A DNA stretch of 64,000 nt from Alphaproteobacteria bacterium (GTDB lineage: Bacteria > Pseudomonadota > Alphaproteobacteria > UBA2966): assembly GCA_964291395.2 (NCBI GenBank), contig OZ219856.1, positions 1,440,001 through 1,504,000 on the forward strand, written 5' to 3'. Of the stretch, positions 54,839-64,000 are shown one piece after another. Position 1 is the first letter of the stretch. Each line of letters opens with the position of its first letter. The notes under the pieces were generated by a model that saw nothing but the letters and a program-made list of their open reading frames with translations, searched no databases and had not been told where the DNA came from. Made by a program: the position numbers and the translations under genes.

Positions 54839-57007
54839 TCAGACGATTATCCGTGCGTCCACGACAACGGACCCACTTTCGCCGACGATCAAGGGATTGA
54901 TGTCGATCTCCTTGATCGAAGAATGACTCGAGACCAGTTGCGACACCCTCAGGAGTGTGTCGACGACGGAGTCGACGTCCGAGGGTGTTTCGCCCCGTAC
55001 CCCCTCCAGCAGCGGATACAGCTTCAGTTCGGCCAGCATGCCGCGCGCCTCGGTCTCGTCGACCGGCGCCAGGCGGAACGCGTAGTCATCGAGAACTTCC
55101 GTGTAGATGCCACCCGTTCCAACGATCAGACACGATCCGAACGTGGGGTCCCGTTTGGCGCCGATCATGATCTCCTTGCCTTTGGGCGCCATCGCTTGAA
55201 GCAATACGCCCTCGATCGCCGCCCCCGGATTGGCACGCAGGACATCCTCACGCATACCGTAATAGTTCTCCAGGAGTGCCCGATCGTCGGCAATGTCCAG
55301 CCGAACGCCGCCGTCATCCGATTTGTGAATGATGTCGGCGGACACCACCTTCATGCAGAGCGGATATCCGATCTCGGCGGCCCTCCGCGCGAGCTCGCCA
55401 TCGCTTTTCACCAGTTCCCAGCGAGCCGAGTTGATGCCGTAAGCGTCAAGGATCTCGAGGCTTTCCGTGAACAGGTAGGGAGAGCCGGATTGCACCGCGG
55501 AGGCCAGCAGTTCGTCCGTGCGCCCGTCGTCCACGTCGAATCGGGGCGGGGCGCTGCGACTCGCCGCGCTGCGGACGGCCCCGTAATCCGCCATCTTGGC
55601 GATCGTGGCGGCCGCGGAGTCCAGAGAGGGGAATACCATTGCCGTGCCCTCATCCTCGATCCTCTTGCTGAAACCGGCGATGTCGAGACCGTAGGTCCAG
55701 CAGAGAACAGGCTTTTCCCGAAACCGCGACGCGATCTCGCCGACGTATCGGGAGGCGTCGAGGGCATCGTATTTGGGCAGGGTGTAGGAGCAGTAGATGC
55801 AGATGACGGCGTCGACGGCGTCGTCGCGCACCACCTGCTCGAGGATGCGGGGAAAGGAGGCGTCGAAATCCCGCGCGACCGGAATCCAGATGTCGACCGG
55901 GTTGTCGATGGTCAGCCAGGGAGGAAACAGGTCCCTGATGCCGTTTATCGTTTCCTCCGAAAGCCTGGCAAGCTCCAAGCCCGCGCCCTCGATGGCATCG
56001 ATGGCAAGGATGGCACCGCCGCCCGAGAAACTTACGACCGCGACTCGCTTTCCCTTGGGCGGCGCGTAGGTCACCAGCGCCTTGGACAGCAGGCGCAGCT
56101 CTTCCGAATTCCGAGCGGGTATGATCCCGGCCTTGCGAAATGCCGCGTCGTACATCTCGTTTTCACCGGCCACGGCGCCGCTGTGGGAAGCGACCGCAAC
56201 CTGCCCGGTGTCGCTGCGACCCGCCTTGAGGAGCACGATGGGTTTCTCCTTCGAGACCCGTGATGCCGTCTCCACGAAAGCGCGGCCGTCAACGATACCT
56301 TCCACATGGCACTGGATGACTTTGATCCTGTCGCTCTGTCCGAAGTACGTGAGCACATCCACGAGATCGATATCGCTGGCATTACCGAGGTCGATCGACT
56401 TGCAGAAGCCGGCGGGCTCGTTGTTGATCAGATGATGCCCCATCATGAACAGGCCTGACTGAGAAACCTGTCCGATAGGCGTCTTGTCGTTTGCGAGTTC
56501 GATGAACGACGACGTGAAACACGAGAACGCATCGGCGACGCCGATCGTATTGGGGCCAAGGACGCGCAGATCGTTGGCCCGCGCCAGAGTCAGCATGTCC
56601 TCCTGCAGGCGACGACCCTCCTCGTCCGCGTCGGCGAATCCTTGCGTGATGACGACGGCACCCTTGATTCCCTTGGCGATACAGCCCGCCAGGACGCTTT
56701 GGACATGCTCCCGGGCGACGCTGACCACCGCGAGATCGATGTCTTGCGGAAGCGCATCGAGGCTCGCGCAAACATTGAAGCCGTCCGAATCGGCCGCGGT
56801 CATGTTGGGATTGATCACGTAGATCTCTCCCCCGTAGCCGTAGTCGTTCAGGGTCGTGAGCACGCTGACCGGAGCGCCGATCGCAGAACGAGACAGTCCC
56901 ACGACGACGACTTTTTTCGGCGCGAAGAAGCGCTCCAGGAAACCGACATCGCGCGCGGGCGGCATGTCGGCGTGCACAGGTCCGTCCGTTGATTGCCGAA
57001 GCGCCAT
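54839..57007 (-). CDS. NDP-forming acyl-CoA synthetase (acetate--CoA ligase family, fused alpha/beta)
   Basis: LGPNTIG, SQSG, SHSGA phospho-His, NPVD, GYPLCMK..HKSD.GGV, DINP. Confidence 0.9.
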   Translation of the reverse strand: MALRQSTDGPVHADMPPARDVGFLERFFAPKKVVVVGLSRSAIGAPVSVLTTLNDYGYGGEIYVINPNMTAADSDGFNVCASLDALPQDIDLAVVSVAREHVQSVLAGCIAKGIKGAVVITQGFADADEEGRRLQEDMLTLARANDLRVLGPNTIGVADAFSCFTSSFIELANDKTPIGQVSQSGLFMMGHHLINNEPAGFCKSIDLGNASDIDLVDVLTYFGQSDRIKVIQCHVEGIVDGRAFVETASRVSKEKPIVLLKAGRSDTGQVAVASHSGAVAGENEMYDAAFRKAGIIPARNSEELRLLSKALVTYAPPKGKRVAVVSFSGGGAILAIDAIEGAGLELARLSEETINGIRDLFPPWLTIDNPVDIWIPVARDFDASFPRILEQVVRDDAVDAVICIYCSYTLPKYDALDASRYVGEIASRFREKPVLCWTYGLDIAGFSKRIEDEGTAMVFPSLDSAAATIAKMADYGAVRSAASRSAPPRFDVDDGRTDELLASAVQSGSPYLFTESLEILDAYGINSARWELVKSDGELARRAAEIGYPLCMKVVSADIIHKSDDGGVRLDIADDRALLENYYGMREDVLRANPGAAIEGVLLQAMAPKGKEIMIGAKRDPTFGSCLIVGTGGIYTEVLDDYAFRLAPVDETEARGMLAELKLYPLLEGVRGETPSDVDSVVDTLLRVSQLVSSHSSIKEIDINPLIVGESGSVVVDARIIV

Positions 57008-57020
57008 TCGAGATCCCGCC

Positions 57021-58646
57021 TCAGGTTACGGCTTGTGCGTTTGCTTCTTGCGCGGTCCGGCTCGCGATCATCTCACGCAATCGAAACTTCTGGACCTTGC
57101 CCGACGGCGTCATCGGGAAGGTGTCGACGATCTCGATCCGCTCGGGCCATTTGGGTTTTGCGACGTTGGCCTTCGCCATCCAGTCGCGGACCTCCGCGAG
57201 GTCCAGGCGGTCACCCTCGGATAGAATGACGAAAGCGCAGCTGCGCTCCCCCAATCGCGGATCCGGCATGCCCACGACGGCGGCATTGGCCACGCGGGGA
57301 TGGGAGAAGAGGACGCTTTCGACGTCCGCGGGCGATATGTTGACCCCGCCCCTGATGATGAGATCCTTCATGCGGCCGGTGATCTTGATGTAGCCGTCCT
57401 CGTCCATCCAGGCCTGATCGCCCGTACGAAACCATCCGTCCTCGAGGAAACTTTTCTCGGTCAGGTCGGGGCGACCGTAGTAGCCCCGCGTCACCATGGC
57501 GCCGCGAGCCATAAGCTCCCCGTCGGTGCGGCGCGGAACTTCGTTGCCGTCCTGGTCGACGACTTTGAGCTCCATCGAGCTACAAGGCAGTCCGTCGGTC
57601 TCGAACAGCTTCTCCCGGGGCGCGTCATACGGGCACGTGGTCACTCCGCCGCACTCCGTCATGCCCCAGAGTGGCGACGTGAACGTGCAAGGCAAGGCGG
57701 TCTGGGCATCCCGCAAGAGCTGATCGGGGATCGAGGCGCCGCCACAAAGGAACAGTTTCATCGACGACAGGCTTCCGCGCCTCTCCAGATCCGAGTGATA
57801 AACCAAGTCCATCAGGAAGGGGGTCGCGGCCGCCATGAAGGTGCATTTCTCTTGCTGCAGAAGTTCAAGGGCACGGGCCGGGTCCCAACGTTCCTGAAGC
57901 ACGATGCTGCCGCCAATGGTCAGGGTCATGCGGAGTGCATGGGTGAACCCGACCGCGTGGCCGATGGGCGAACAGCCGAATATACGATCGCCTTCGTTGA
58001 AGCCATAGCGTTCGATGAACCCCATGTTGGTGGCGTGCAGGATTCGCGTGTCGTACACCGCTCCCTTGAGATCTCCGGTCGTACCGGAGGTGAAACCGAG
58101 TGCGGTGATGTCGCTCGCCTTGGGCTTCAGTCCTGCCAGGGATGGCTGATCGCCACGAGCCTCCCACGGCTCCCGCATCAATGCCTCGTAACTGACGCCG
58201 CTTGCGGACCCGATGTCGCCGCCCACGTGGATGACGTGCTCCAGCGTCGGCACACACTCGCGCAGGCTTTCCCCCATGGCCGCATAGTCGAAACCGTGAA
58301 ACCCGCGGGGGACGACGAGAGCTTTGGCCTTGGTCAACCGGATGACTCCGGTCAGTTCATGCTTTCGGTAGACGATGGGGATCGTCGCCGTAACGGCGCC
58401 GATCGCCGTGAGTGCCATGTGCAGGATCAGGAACGGCGCCCAATTCGGTAGCTGGATGATCACGACGTCGCCGTGACCGATATCGAGGTTCCGCAGTCCA
58501 TAGGCAAGCCGCTCGACCTGCTCGGCGGCCCGCGCATAGGTGATACGTCCGTGGATCTGGTCGCAAACCAGCTCGCGGGCCGGATCGCGTTCCGCAATGT
58601 CGAACAGCCGATCCGAAATGAGCTCGTCGGCCGCGGAAACCGTCAT
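57021..58646 (-). CDS. AMP-forming acyl/aryl-CoA ligase (cyclohexanecarboxylate-CoA ligase-like)
   Basis: FTSGTTGDLKG, WGMTE, GWFRTGD, IIRGG, PSGKVQK. Confidence 0.9.
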   Translation of the reverse strand: MTVSAADELISDRLFDIAERDPARELVCDQIHGRITYARAAEQVERLAYGLRNLDIGHGDVVIIQLPNWAPFLILHMALTAIGAVTATIPIVYRKHELTGVIRLTKAKALVVPRGFHGFDYAAMGESLRECVPTLEHVIHVGGDIGSASGVSYEALMREPWEARGDQPSLAGLKPKASDITALGFTSGTTGDLKGAVYDTRILHATNMGFIERYGFNEGDRIFGCSPIGHAVGFTHALRMTLTIGGSIVLQERWDPARALELLQQEKCTFMAAATPFLMDLVYHSDLERRGSLSSMKLFLCGGASIPDQLLRDAQTALPCTFTSPLWGMTECGGVTTCPYDAPREKLFETDGLPCSSMELKVVDQDGNEVPRRTDGELMARGAMVTRGYYGRPDLTEKSFLEDGWFRTGDQAWMDEDGYIKITGRMKDLIIRGGVNISPADVESVLFSHPRVANAAVVGMPDPRLGERSCAFVILSEGDRLDLAEVRDWMAKANVAKPKWPERIEIVDTFPMTPSGKVQKFRLREMIASRTAQEANAQAVT

Positions 58647-59581
58647 GAGACCTTCGGGGGCTCCATCTGTTCGAACGCGGGCAGCACGTCCTTCGCCAGA
58701 CGGTCGAGGTGCGCGCGCCGGTCGTCGGGAGGCACGATCGGAGCGAGGATGAAATAGTTCACGCCCACTTCCACGTACTTGGAGAGATAGTCGATGACAC
58801 GTTCGGGCGGGCCGTAGGCGCAGTACTTGTCGACGAGTTCTCCAAAATCCTGATCATAGCGGTAGGAAAGCTCCTTGACCCCCCACTTCCGCGCTTCCTC
58901 GACATCGTCGTAGAGGCTGACGTAGATGAAGCACGCCCACGCGTAGTCGTCGGGGAGCACGCGGCCGTAACCGCCCGCGTATTCGACGACCCGGTCGAAC
59001 GAGATCTTGCAGCGGTCCGCCGTGTACATGTACGGATGCCAACCATCGCCGATTCGCGCTGCCCGTTTCATGGGGCCGTCCTGCCGCCCCGAGACCCAGA
59101 TCGGGATACCGCCCGGCTGAACCGGAGTCGGATGCATGTCGACATCCTTCAGATGGAAGATCTTACCGTCGTAATCGAAGCGCTCTCCGGTCCAGTATTT
59201 CTTCATGATCTCGATGGCTTCGGTCGCGCGTTGACCCCGCTCCTTCATCGGGATTTCGCAGCCCGCGAATTCGCGCGGGTAGTCGCCACCGACACCGATC
59301 GTCATCAGGACGCGCCCATCCGATTGAACATCGAGACAAGAGAACTGTTTGGCCACCATCGTCGGATGCCGCAGGGGCAACAAGAGCGTTGCGGGTCCGA
59401 CCTTGATGCGGGAGGTGAGCGCCGCCGCCCGGGTCAGTGTCGTTACCGCTTCGAAAATGGGCCGGTGGTAAACGATATGTTCACCCGTCCAGAATGAATC
59501 GTAACCGAATTCCTCGACGGCGCGGATGTCATCCGCGCTCCACAGGTCACCGCCACATGTGACGCCGAACTTGGCTGGCAT
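58643..59581 (-). CDS. LLM class flavin-dependent oxidoreductase
   Basis: GYDSFWTGEH, LPLRHP..VAKQ...LD, GDGW. Confidence 0.88.
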   Translation of the reverse strand: MPAKFGVTCGGDLWSADDIRAVEEFGYDSFWTGEHIVYHRPIFEAVTTLTRAAALTSRIKVGPATLLLPLRHPTMVAKQFSCLDVQSDGRVLMTIGVGGDYPREFAGCEIPMKERGQRATEAIEIMKKYWTGERFDYDGKIFHLKDVDMHPTPVQPGGIPIWVSGRQDGPMKRAARIGDGWHPYMYTADRCKISFDRVVEYAGGYGRVLPDDYAWACFIYVSLYDDVEEARKWGVKELSYRYDQDFGELVDKYCAYGPPERVIDYLSKYVEVGVNYFILAPIVPPDDRRAHLDRLAKDVLPAFEQMEPPKVS

Positions 59582-59635
59582 TGGTCCTCCATTCACGACT
59601 CGCCGGCGCCTCTTTCGAGGCCTCCGGTTCAATGA

Positions 59636-60799
59636 TCATTTGGCTCGATATTTCTCAATCTTGTCGGGGTCGAGTTCGACGCCCAGCCCCGGCCCGTCGG
59701 GAACCGTCAGACAACCGTCGGCATAGGCAAAGGGTTCGGTGATGATGTCGTCGGTATAGAAGACGCCGCCGACCTTGGTCTGTTCCCGACCTTCCAACGT
59801 GTTGATGGTGATCACAGCAGGCATCACGGTGCCGTCGAGCGCCGCGGCAAGGTGCAAATTTGCCGCATTCCCCACACCCGCCTCGAGCGAGCCGTTGACG
59901 TTCATCGGCAGTCCAGCCGCCCGGGCGATCGCCCCGATCTCCATGGAGCGGAGCAGGCCACTGGCCTTGGTGTAGTAGATCGAGATGATGTCCGCCGCAC
60001 GGCGGTTCACAATCTCCAGCGCGTCCTGCGGCGACCAGCATCCTTCGTCGACGATGACGGGAACGTCGACGCCGGCCGCCACCGCCGCCATAGCATCGAT
60101 TCCCTCGACCGGCTGCTCGATGGCACAGATCATCGCCGCGTCCTGCATGGCCCTGACGGCCGCGATCGCCGTCTTGACGCTGCGGTAGCCGCGATTGACG
60201 TCGGGATAAAGATGGACGCCGTCTCCGACGGCCTGGCGGACCGCGCCGAGGACCTCCGTGTCTTTGGCCGGGTCACCCCCCACCTTGATCTGCATGTAAC
60301 CCAGGCCGTCGGCGGCGACCTGCGCCGCCTCGGCCGCGGCGTCTTCCGGCTCCGCGAGGCCGACGCTGTGGCAGATCGGGATTTGCTCGCGCATGGCGCC
60401 GCCGAGGAGTTGGTAGAGCGGCACGTTCATGTCTCTGGCGACGATATCCAACAGCGCGGACTCGATCATCGCCTTCGTGTACGGGAATCCCCGGGCGACC
60501 TCGTCCATCCGCATGAGCAGAGACCGCGTCGACCTCGGATCGGCGCCGATCAGGAGAGGTGACAGGACTTCGTCGACCAGGTAGCAGACGATCCGGGGAT
60601 CTTCGCCGAAATAGCGGCCGTGTTCTCCGCCCCAGCTGAGGATGGCCGGCGCCTCGCCGAGGCCCGTGATCCCGGTGTCGGTCGTCAGCTTGAGGATGAC
60701 ATATCGGCCGATCGGAACCTCCAGCGAACGCCAGCCGTAGGCGGACCGTCCCGGCAGTTCGACGATGATGGTCTCGAGTGATTCGACCTTCATGATCAC
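59636..60799 (-). CDS. Enolase superfamily enzyme (muconate lactonising enzyme subgroup-like)
   Basis: GLGE, PLYQLLGG, metal ligands D(VN)/E(QP)/D(EG), GPGLGVELD. Confidence 0.88.
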   Translation of the reverse strand: MIMKVESLETIIVELPGRSAYGWRSLEVPIGRYVILKLTTDTGITGLGEAPAILSWGGEHGRYFGEDPRIVCYLVDEVLSPLLIGADPRSTRSLLMRMDEVARGFPYTKAMIESALLDIVARDMNVPLYQLLGGAMREQIPICHSVGLAEPEDAAAEAAQVAADGLGYMQIKVGGDPAKDTEVLGAVRQAVGDGVHLYPDVNRGYRSVKTAIAAVRAMQDAAMICAIEQPVEGIDAMAAVAAGVDVPVIVDEGCWSPQDALEIVNRRAADIISIYYTKASGLLRSMEIGAIARAAGLPMNVNGSLEAGVGNAANLHLAAALDGTVMPAVITINTLEGREQTKVGGVFYTDDIITEPFAYADGCLTVPDGPGLGVELDPDKIEKYRAK

Positions 60800-62469
60800 A
60801 CACCCTTCAGGCCGTAGACGTCTCGGGCGCTGGCGGCCGAGATCTTTTCTTCCCGCAGGTCGCGTTCGACCGAGGCCCGCTCGCGTTCCTCCGGCGGGCC
60901 GAAACCGCCGCCGCCCTGCGTTCGCATGCTGAAGACGTCGCCATACTTGAACCCATGATCGACGGTCTTGGAGTGGAGTTCTTCGGAATCAGGTCCGTCG
61001 GGGTTCATCACCATGCTGCCGGTGGCGCCTTCCTTGCCCCCGAACAAGCCGAACGGAGCCACTTTGAACTTGTCGAACTGGGTGTTGAGCGATCCGCTCT
61101 GGTCGAGGAATTCGATATCCCGCCGCACGCCGAGACCTCCCCGCCGCCGCCCCGCCCCGCCCGTGTCCGGGATGAATTCATAACGCTTGTAGCGGAGCGG
61201 ATAGGTGGCCTCCACCATTTCAATCGGGGTGTTCGCCAGATTGTGGATGCCCTGGGAATAGCAATCGAGGCCATCTTTGTTCTTCCGGGCGCCCCAGCCA
61301 CCGACTTCGATGTCGAAGAAGATCCAGCTGTCGCGGCCGTTTCCGCCATCTCCGGCCAGGATGTGCACGTTGGACATGCCGTAGTAGGCCGCCGTGATGC
61401 GTTCGGGGATGACCTCCGACAGCGCCCGCATCAGGGAGTTCACGATGGTATGGGTGATCGCGTTCCGGCCGACGACAGGAGCGGGCGGCAAGGCGTTCAC
61501 GACAGTGCCCTCGGGTGCGGTGATCCGGATCGGCTTGTAAACACCGTAGTTGGCGGGAATCGACGGGTCGATGATGGAAAGGATGGCGAAATAGACCGCT
61601 GATTCGCATGACGACAGGGTGGCGTTGATGGGTGAACGGCGCTGGGGATCGGTGCCCGTGAAGTCGATGTGGATCGTTCCGTCCTCGATGGTCACCTTGG
61701 TGACGATCTTGATGGGTTCGTCCACCACACCGTCGTCGTCCACGAAATACGAAGATTCGTAGGTACCGCCGGGAATCTCGAGAAGGCGGTCCCGCAGCCG
61801 ACCTTCCGATGCTTCGATGGCTTCTTCCAGGCAATCCATGATGGTGCGCACGCCATAGCGTTCGATCAGTTCAAGCACGCCGTCGCGCCCGATTTCGAGA
61901 GCCGCCGTCTGGGCCCGGAGGTCGCCGATGGTCATCGCCGGCTGCCGGATGTTCGCTTCGATCATGGCAAACAGCCGCTCGTTGATTTGACCTTCCTCGA
62001 ACAGCTTGATGGGGGGAATTCGCAGCCCTTCCTGAAAGATTTCAACGGCATCCCCGGCATAGCTTCCGGGCCGCATGCCGCCGATATCGAGGTGGTGCCC
62101 GAGCGTCCCGCAAATCGCGACGAGTTCGTTGCCGGCGAACACCGGCAGGAACGTCTGTACGTCCGGAAGGTGCTGGCCGCCTTTGTAGGGATCGTTCGTG
62201 ATGATGATGTCGCCGGGGCGCCATTCGTCGATGGGAATCGCCTCATCCAGTGTCGTACGAAGCGAGCGCGACATCGAATTGAGGTGGATGGGGATGCGAC
62301 ACGATTGCGCGATGATTCTTCCGTTCAAGTCGAAAACGGCAGTCGAGTAGTCGAGCATCTCTCGGATAACCGTCGAGTACGACGTGCGCAGGATGGTCGC
62401 GGCCATCTGCTCCGCAACACTGACCAGCGCGTTGTTGACGACTTCGAGGGTTACGGGATCGACACGCAT
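60796..62469 (-). CDS. hyuB: Hydantoinase B / oxoprolinase family subunit (second copy)
   Basis: DPVTLEV, NDPYKGGQHLPD, HHLDIGG, QEGLRIPP, GGGGFG. Confidence 0.92.
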   Translation of the reverse strand: MRVDPVTLEVVNNALVSVAEQMAATILRTSYSTVIREMLDYSTAVFDLNGRIIAQSCRIPIHLNSMSRSLRTTLDEAIPIDEWRPGDIIITNDPYKGGQHLPDVQTFLPVFAGNELVAICGTLGHHLDIGGMRPGSYAGDAVEIFQEGLRIPPIKLFEEGQINERLFAMIEANIRQPAMTIGDLRAQTAALEIGRDGVLELIERYGVRTIMDCLEEAIEASEGRLRDRLLEIPGGTYESSYFVDDDGVVDEPIKIVTKVTIEDGTIHIDFTGTDPQRRSPINATLSSCESAVYFAILSIIDPSIPANYGVYKPIRITAPEGTVVNALPPAPVVGRNAITHTIVNSLMRALSEVIPERITAAYYGMSNVHILAGDGGNGRDSWIFFDIEVGGWGARKNKDGLDCYSQGIHNLANTPIEMVEATYPLRYKRYEFIPDTGGAGRRRGGLGVRRDIEFLDQSGSLNTQFDKFKVAPFGLFGGKEGATGSMVMNPDGPDSEELHSKTVDHGFKYGDVFSMRTQGGGGFGPPEERERASVERDLREEKISAASARDVYGLKGV

Positions 62470-62473
62470 CAGA

Positions 62474-64000
62474 TCACTCCCCAATCGCGACCAACAGATT
62501 GCCCAGTTCATCGATGCGGGCGCGTTGGCCCGGATGGATCACCGTCGTGGAGTCCGTCTGTTCGACGATGGCCGGACCTTCGAATCCGCTGCCTGAAGAC
62601 AGCGACTCCCGGTCGTATACGGCCGTGTCCACATAGTCGCCCGTCTCATCGAAATACACGGGACGGGTTTCCTTCGGCGCCACGCCGCCGCCGCTCGCGG
62701 CATGCGTTTGCGGCTCCGGCGCAGACGTCGAGCCGATCGCGGCAACCCGGCCACTGACGAACTCGACGGGCTTGTCCGGGTGGTGGTGGGCGTACAGTTG
62801 CCGATGAAGTTCGTGGAATCTCCAGATGACATCGGCCGCCGCGTTCTCGTCGAGCGAGCCGGCTGGAACCGGCACGTTCACCTCGTAGGCCTGACCGACG
62901 TAACGGAGATCGGCGGAGCGTTGCAGATCACGCTGCGGTTCCGCAATGCCGTCCCGCTCGAGGGCTTCGTTTGCCTCATGGTCGAGGCGGTCGAACAGCG
63001 AATTGAGATTGTCTCCAGAGATTTCCTCTCCGCGCAGCACTCTCGTTCGACCGAAATCGTGCCGAATGTCCGACATGACGAGCCCGACCGCCGAGAAGAC
63101 TCCGGGGTGTTCCGGTATCAGGATTTCGGGAATGCCCACGGCTGTCGCCAGCGCGGCAGCGTGCATGGGCCCTGCCCCGCCAAATGCCAGGAGCGTAATG
63201 TCGCGGGGGTCGTATCCCTTCTCGGCGGAACTCACCCGAAGGGCGCGTTCCATGTTGGCGTTGGCGATGCGGATGATGCCGGCCGCCGCCGCCTCCACCG
63301 CCATGTCGAGAGGTTTGGCGATCTTCTCCGCGATTGCTGTCCGCGCGGCCTCCAGATCGACCGTCATGTCGCCGCCGACGAACCGGTCAGGGTGCATGCG
63401 GCCCAATACCAGATTGGCGTCGGTTACGGTGGGATCCGTGCCGCCGCGCCGGTAGGCGGCAGGGCCGGGATCCGCTCCCGCGCTCCGGGGACCCACGTGC
63501 AGGCCGTTCCAGTCGTCGAGCCAAGCGATGCTTCCGGCGCCGGCGCCGATCGTGTTGATCTCGATCATCGGTACCTTGACGGGCAGCTCGTCGATGCCGC
63601 CTTCCGTCGTCATGCGAAGCTTGCCCTTGTGGATGAGCGAGATGTCCGTGCTGGTGCCGCCCATGTCGACGCCGAGCAGATTGGGCTGCCGGGTCGCGGC
63701 ACCGAGACGTTGCACCGCCAGGGCGCCCCCTGCGGGACCGGAGGTGATCATGCGGACGGGATAGTCCCGCGCCGCGTTGATAGTGAGGGAGCCTCCGTTC
63801 GACTGCATCAGGAGGATGTTGGCGTTCGGCAGTACCGCCTTGATCTTGGGTGTGATGTCTTCGAGGTATTGGGTCACCAGCGGCATGGCGGCCGCATTCA
63901 GTGCGACCGTGCTCATGCGCTCAAACTCCCGAATCTCCCGGCAAACCTCGTAGGAGGCGGCGACGTGAACGCCCCGCACACCCTGCCGCAACCAATCGCG
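62474..64000 (-). CDS. hyuA: Hydantoinase A / oxoprolinase family subunit (second copy), 5' end outside the window
   Basis: EFERMST, SGPAGG, DMGGTSTD, GAGAGS, FGGAGP, GPAIVEQ.DSTT. Confidence 0.92.
   Translation of the reverse strand, partial: RDWLRQGVRGVHVAASYEVCREIREFERMSTVALNAAAMPLVTQYLEDITPKIKAVLPNANILLMQSNGGSLTINAARDYPVRMITSGPAGGALAVQRLGAATRQPNLLGVDMGGTSTDISLIHKGKLRMTTEGGIDELPVKVPMIEINTIGAGAGSIAWLDDWNGLHVGPRSAGADPGPAAYRRGGTDPTVTDANLVLGRMHPDRFVGGDMTVDLEAARTAIAEKIAKPLDMAVEAAAAGIIRIANANMERALRVSSAEKGYDPRDITLLAFGGAGPMHAAALATAVGIPEILIPEHPGVFSAVGLVMSDIRHDFGRTRVLRGEEISGDNLNSLFDRLDHEANEALERDGIAEPQRDLQRSADLRYVGQAYEVNVPVPAGSLDENAAADVIWRFHELHRQLYAHHHPDKPVEFVSGRVAAIGSTSAPEPQTHAASGGGVAPKETRPVYFDETGDYVDTAVYDRESLSSGSGFEGPAIVEQTDSTTVIHPGQRARIDELGNLLVAIGE

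Overview
High-GC alphaproteobacterial (Rhodospirillales-like, by gene content) chromosomal segment that appears to sit at the replication terminus: there is a dif-like XerC/XerD site at 1356-1383, and KOPS-like octamers point toward it. 1-9 kb is the housekeeping block mltB-rlpA-dacA-tmk-holB-metG-tatD-[dif]-mazG-SDR. 9.6-23.8 kb is an aromatic-catabolism region: five Rieske oxygenase alpha subunits with no reductase, a dihydroxyphthalate-decarboxylase-like protein, an RraA-type aldolase, an atypical stand-alone carboxyltransferase and a split TRAP transporter. 23.8-64 kb is mostly a minus-strand N-heterocycle/nicotinate catabolic region: Liv-type ABC transporter, two hydantoinase/oxoprolinase pairs, UPF0280, 6-hydroxynicotinate reductase, three molybdo-hydroxylases (one a single-chain FAD-FeS-Mo fusion), PncA, a NicR-like MarR, CoA ligases, an LLM enzyme and an enolase-superfamily enzyme. 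It is interrupted at about 30.4-34.6 kb by a mosaic islet of IS, group II intron and toxin-antitoxin debris. The islet holds an intact DUF3800 gene with a convergent, structured, terminator-ended small-RNA candidate, a Gly/Lys-rich microprotein and an intact PrlF-YhaV pair. Three single-base homopolymer indels suggest residual sequencing errors. All family assignments come from motif recognition by eye; no database searches were run.
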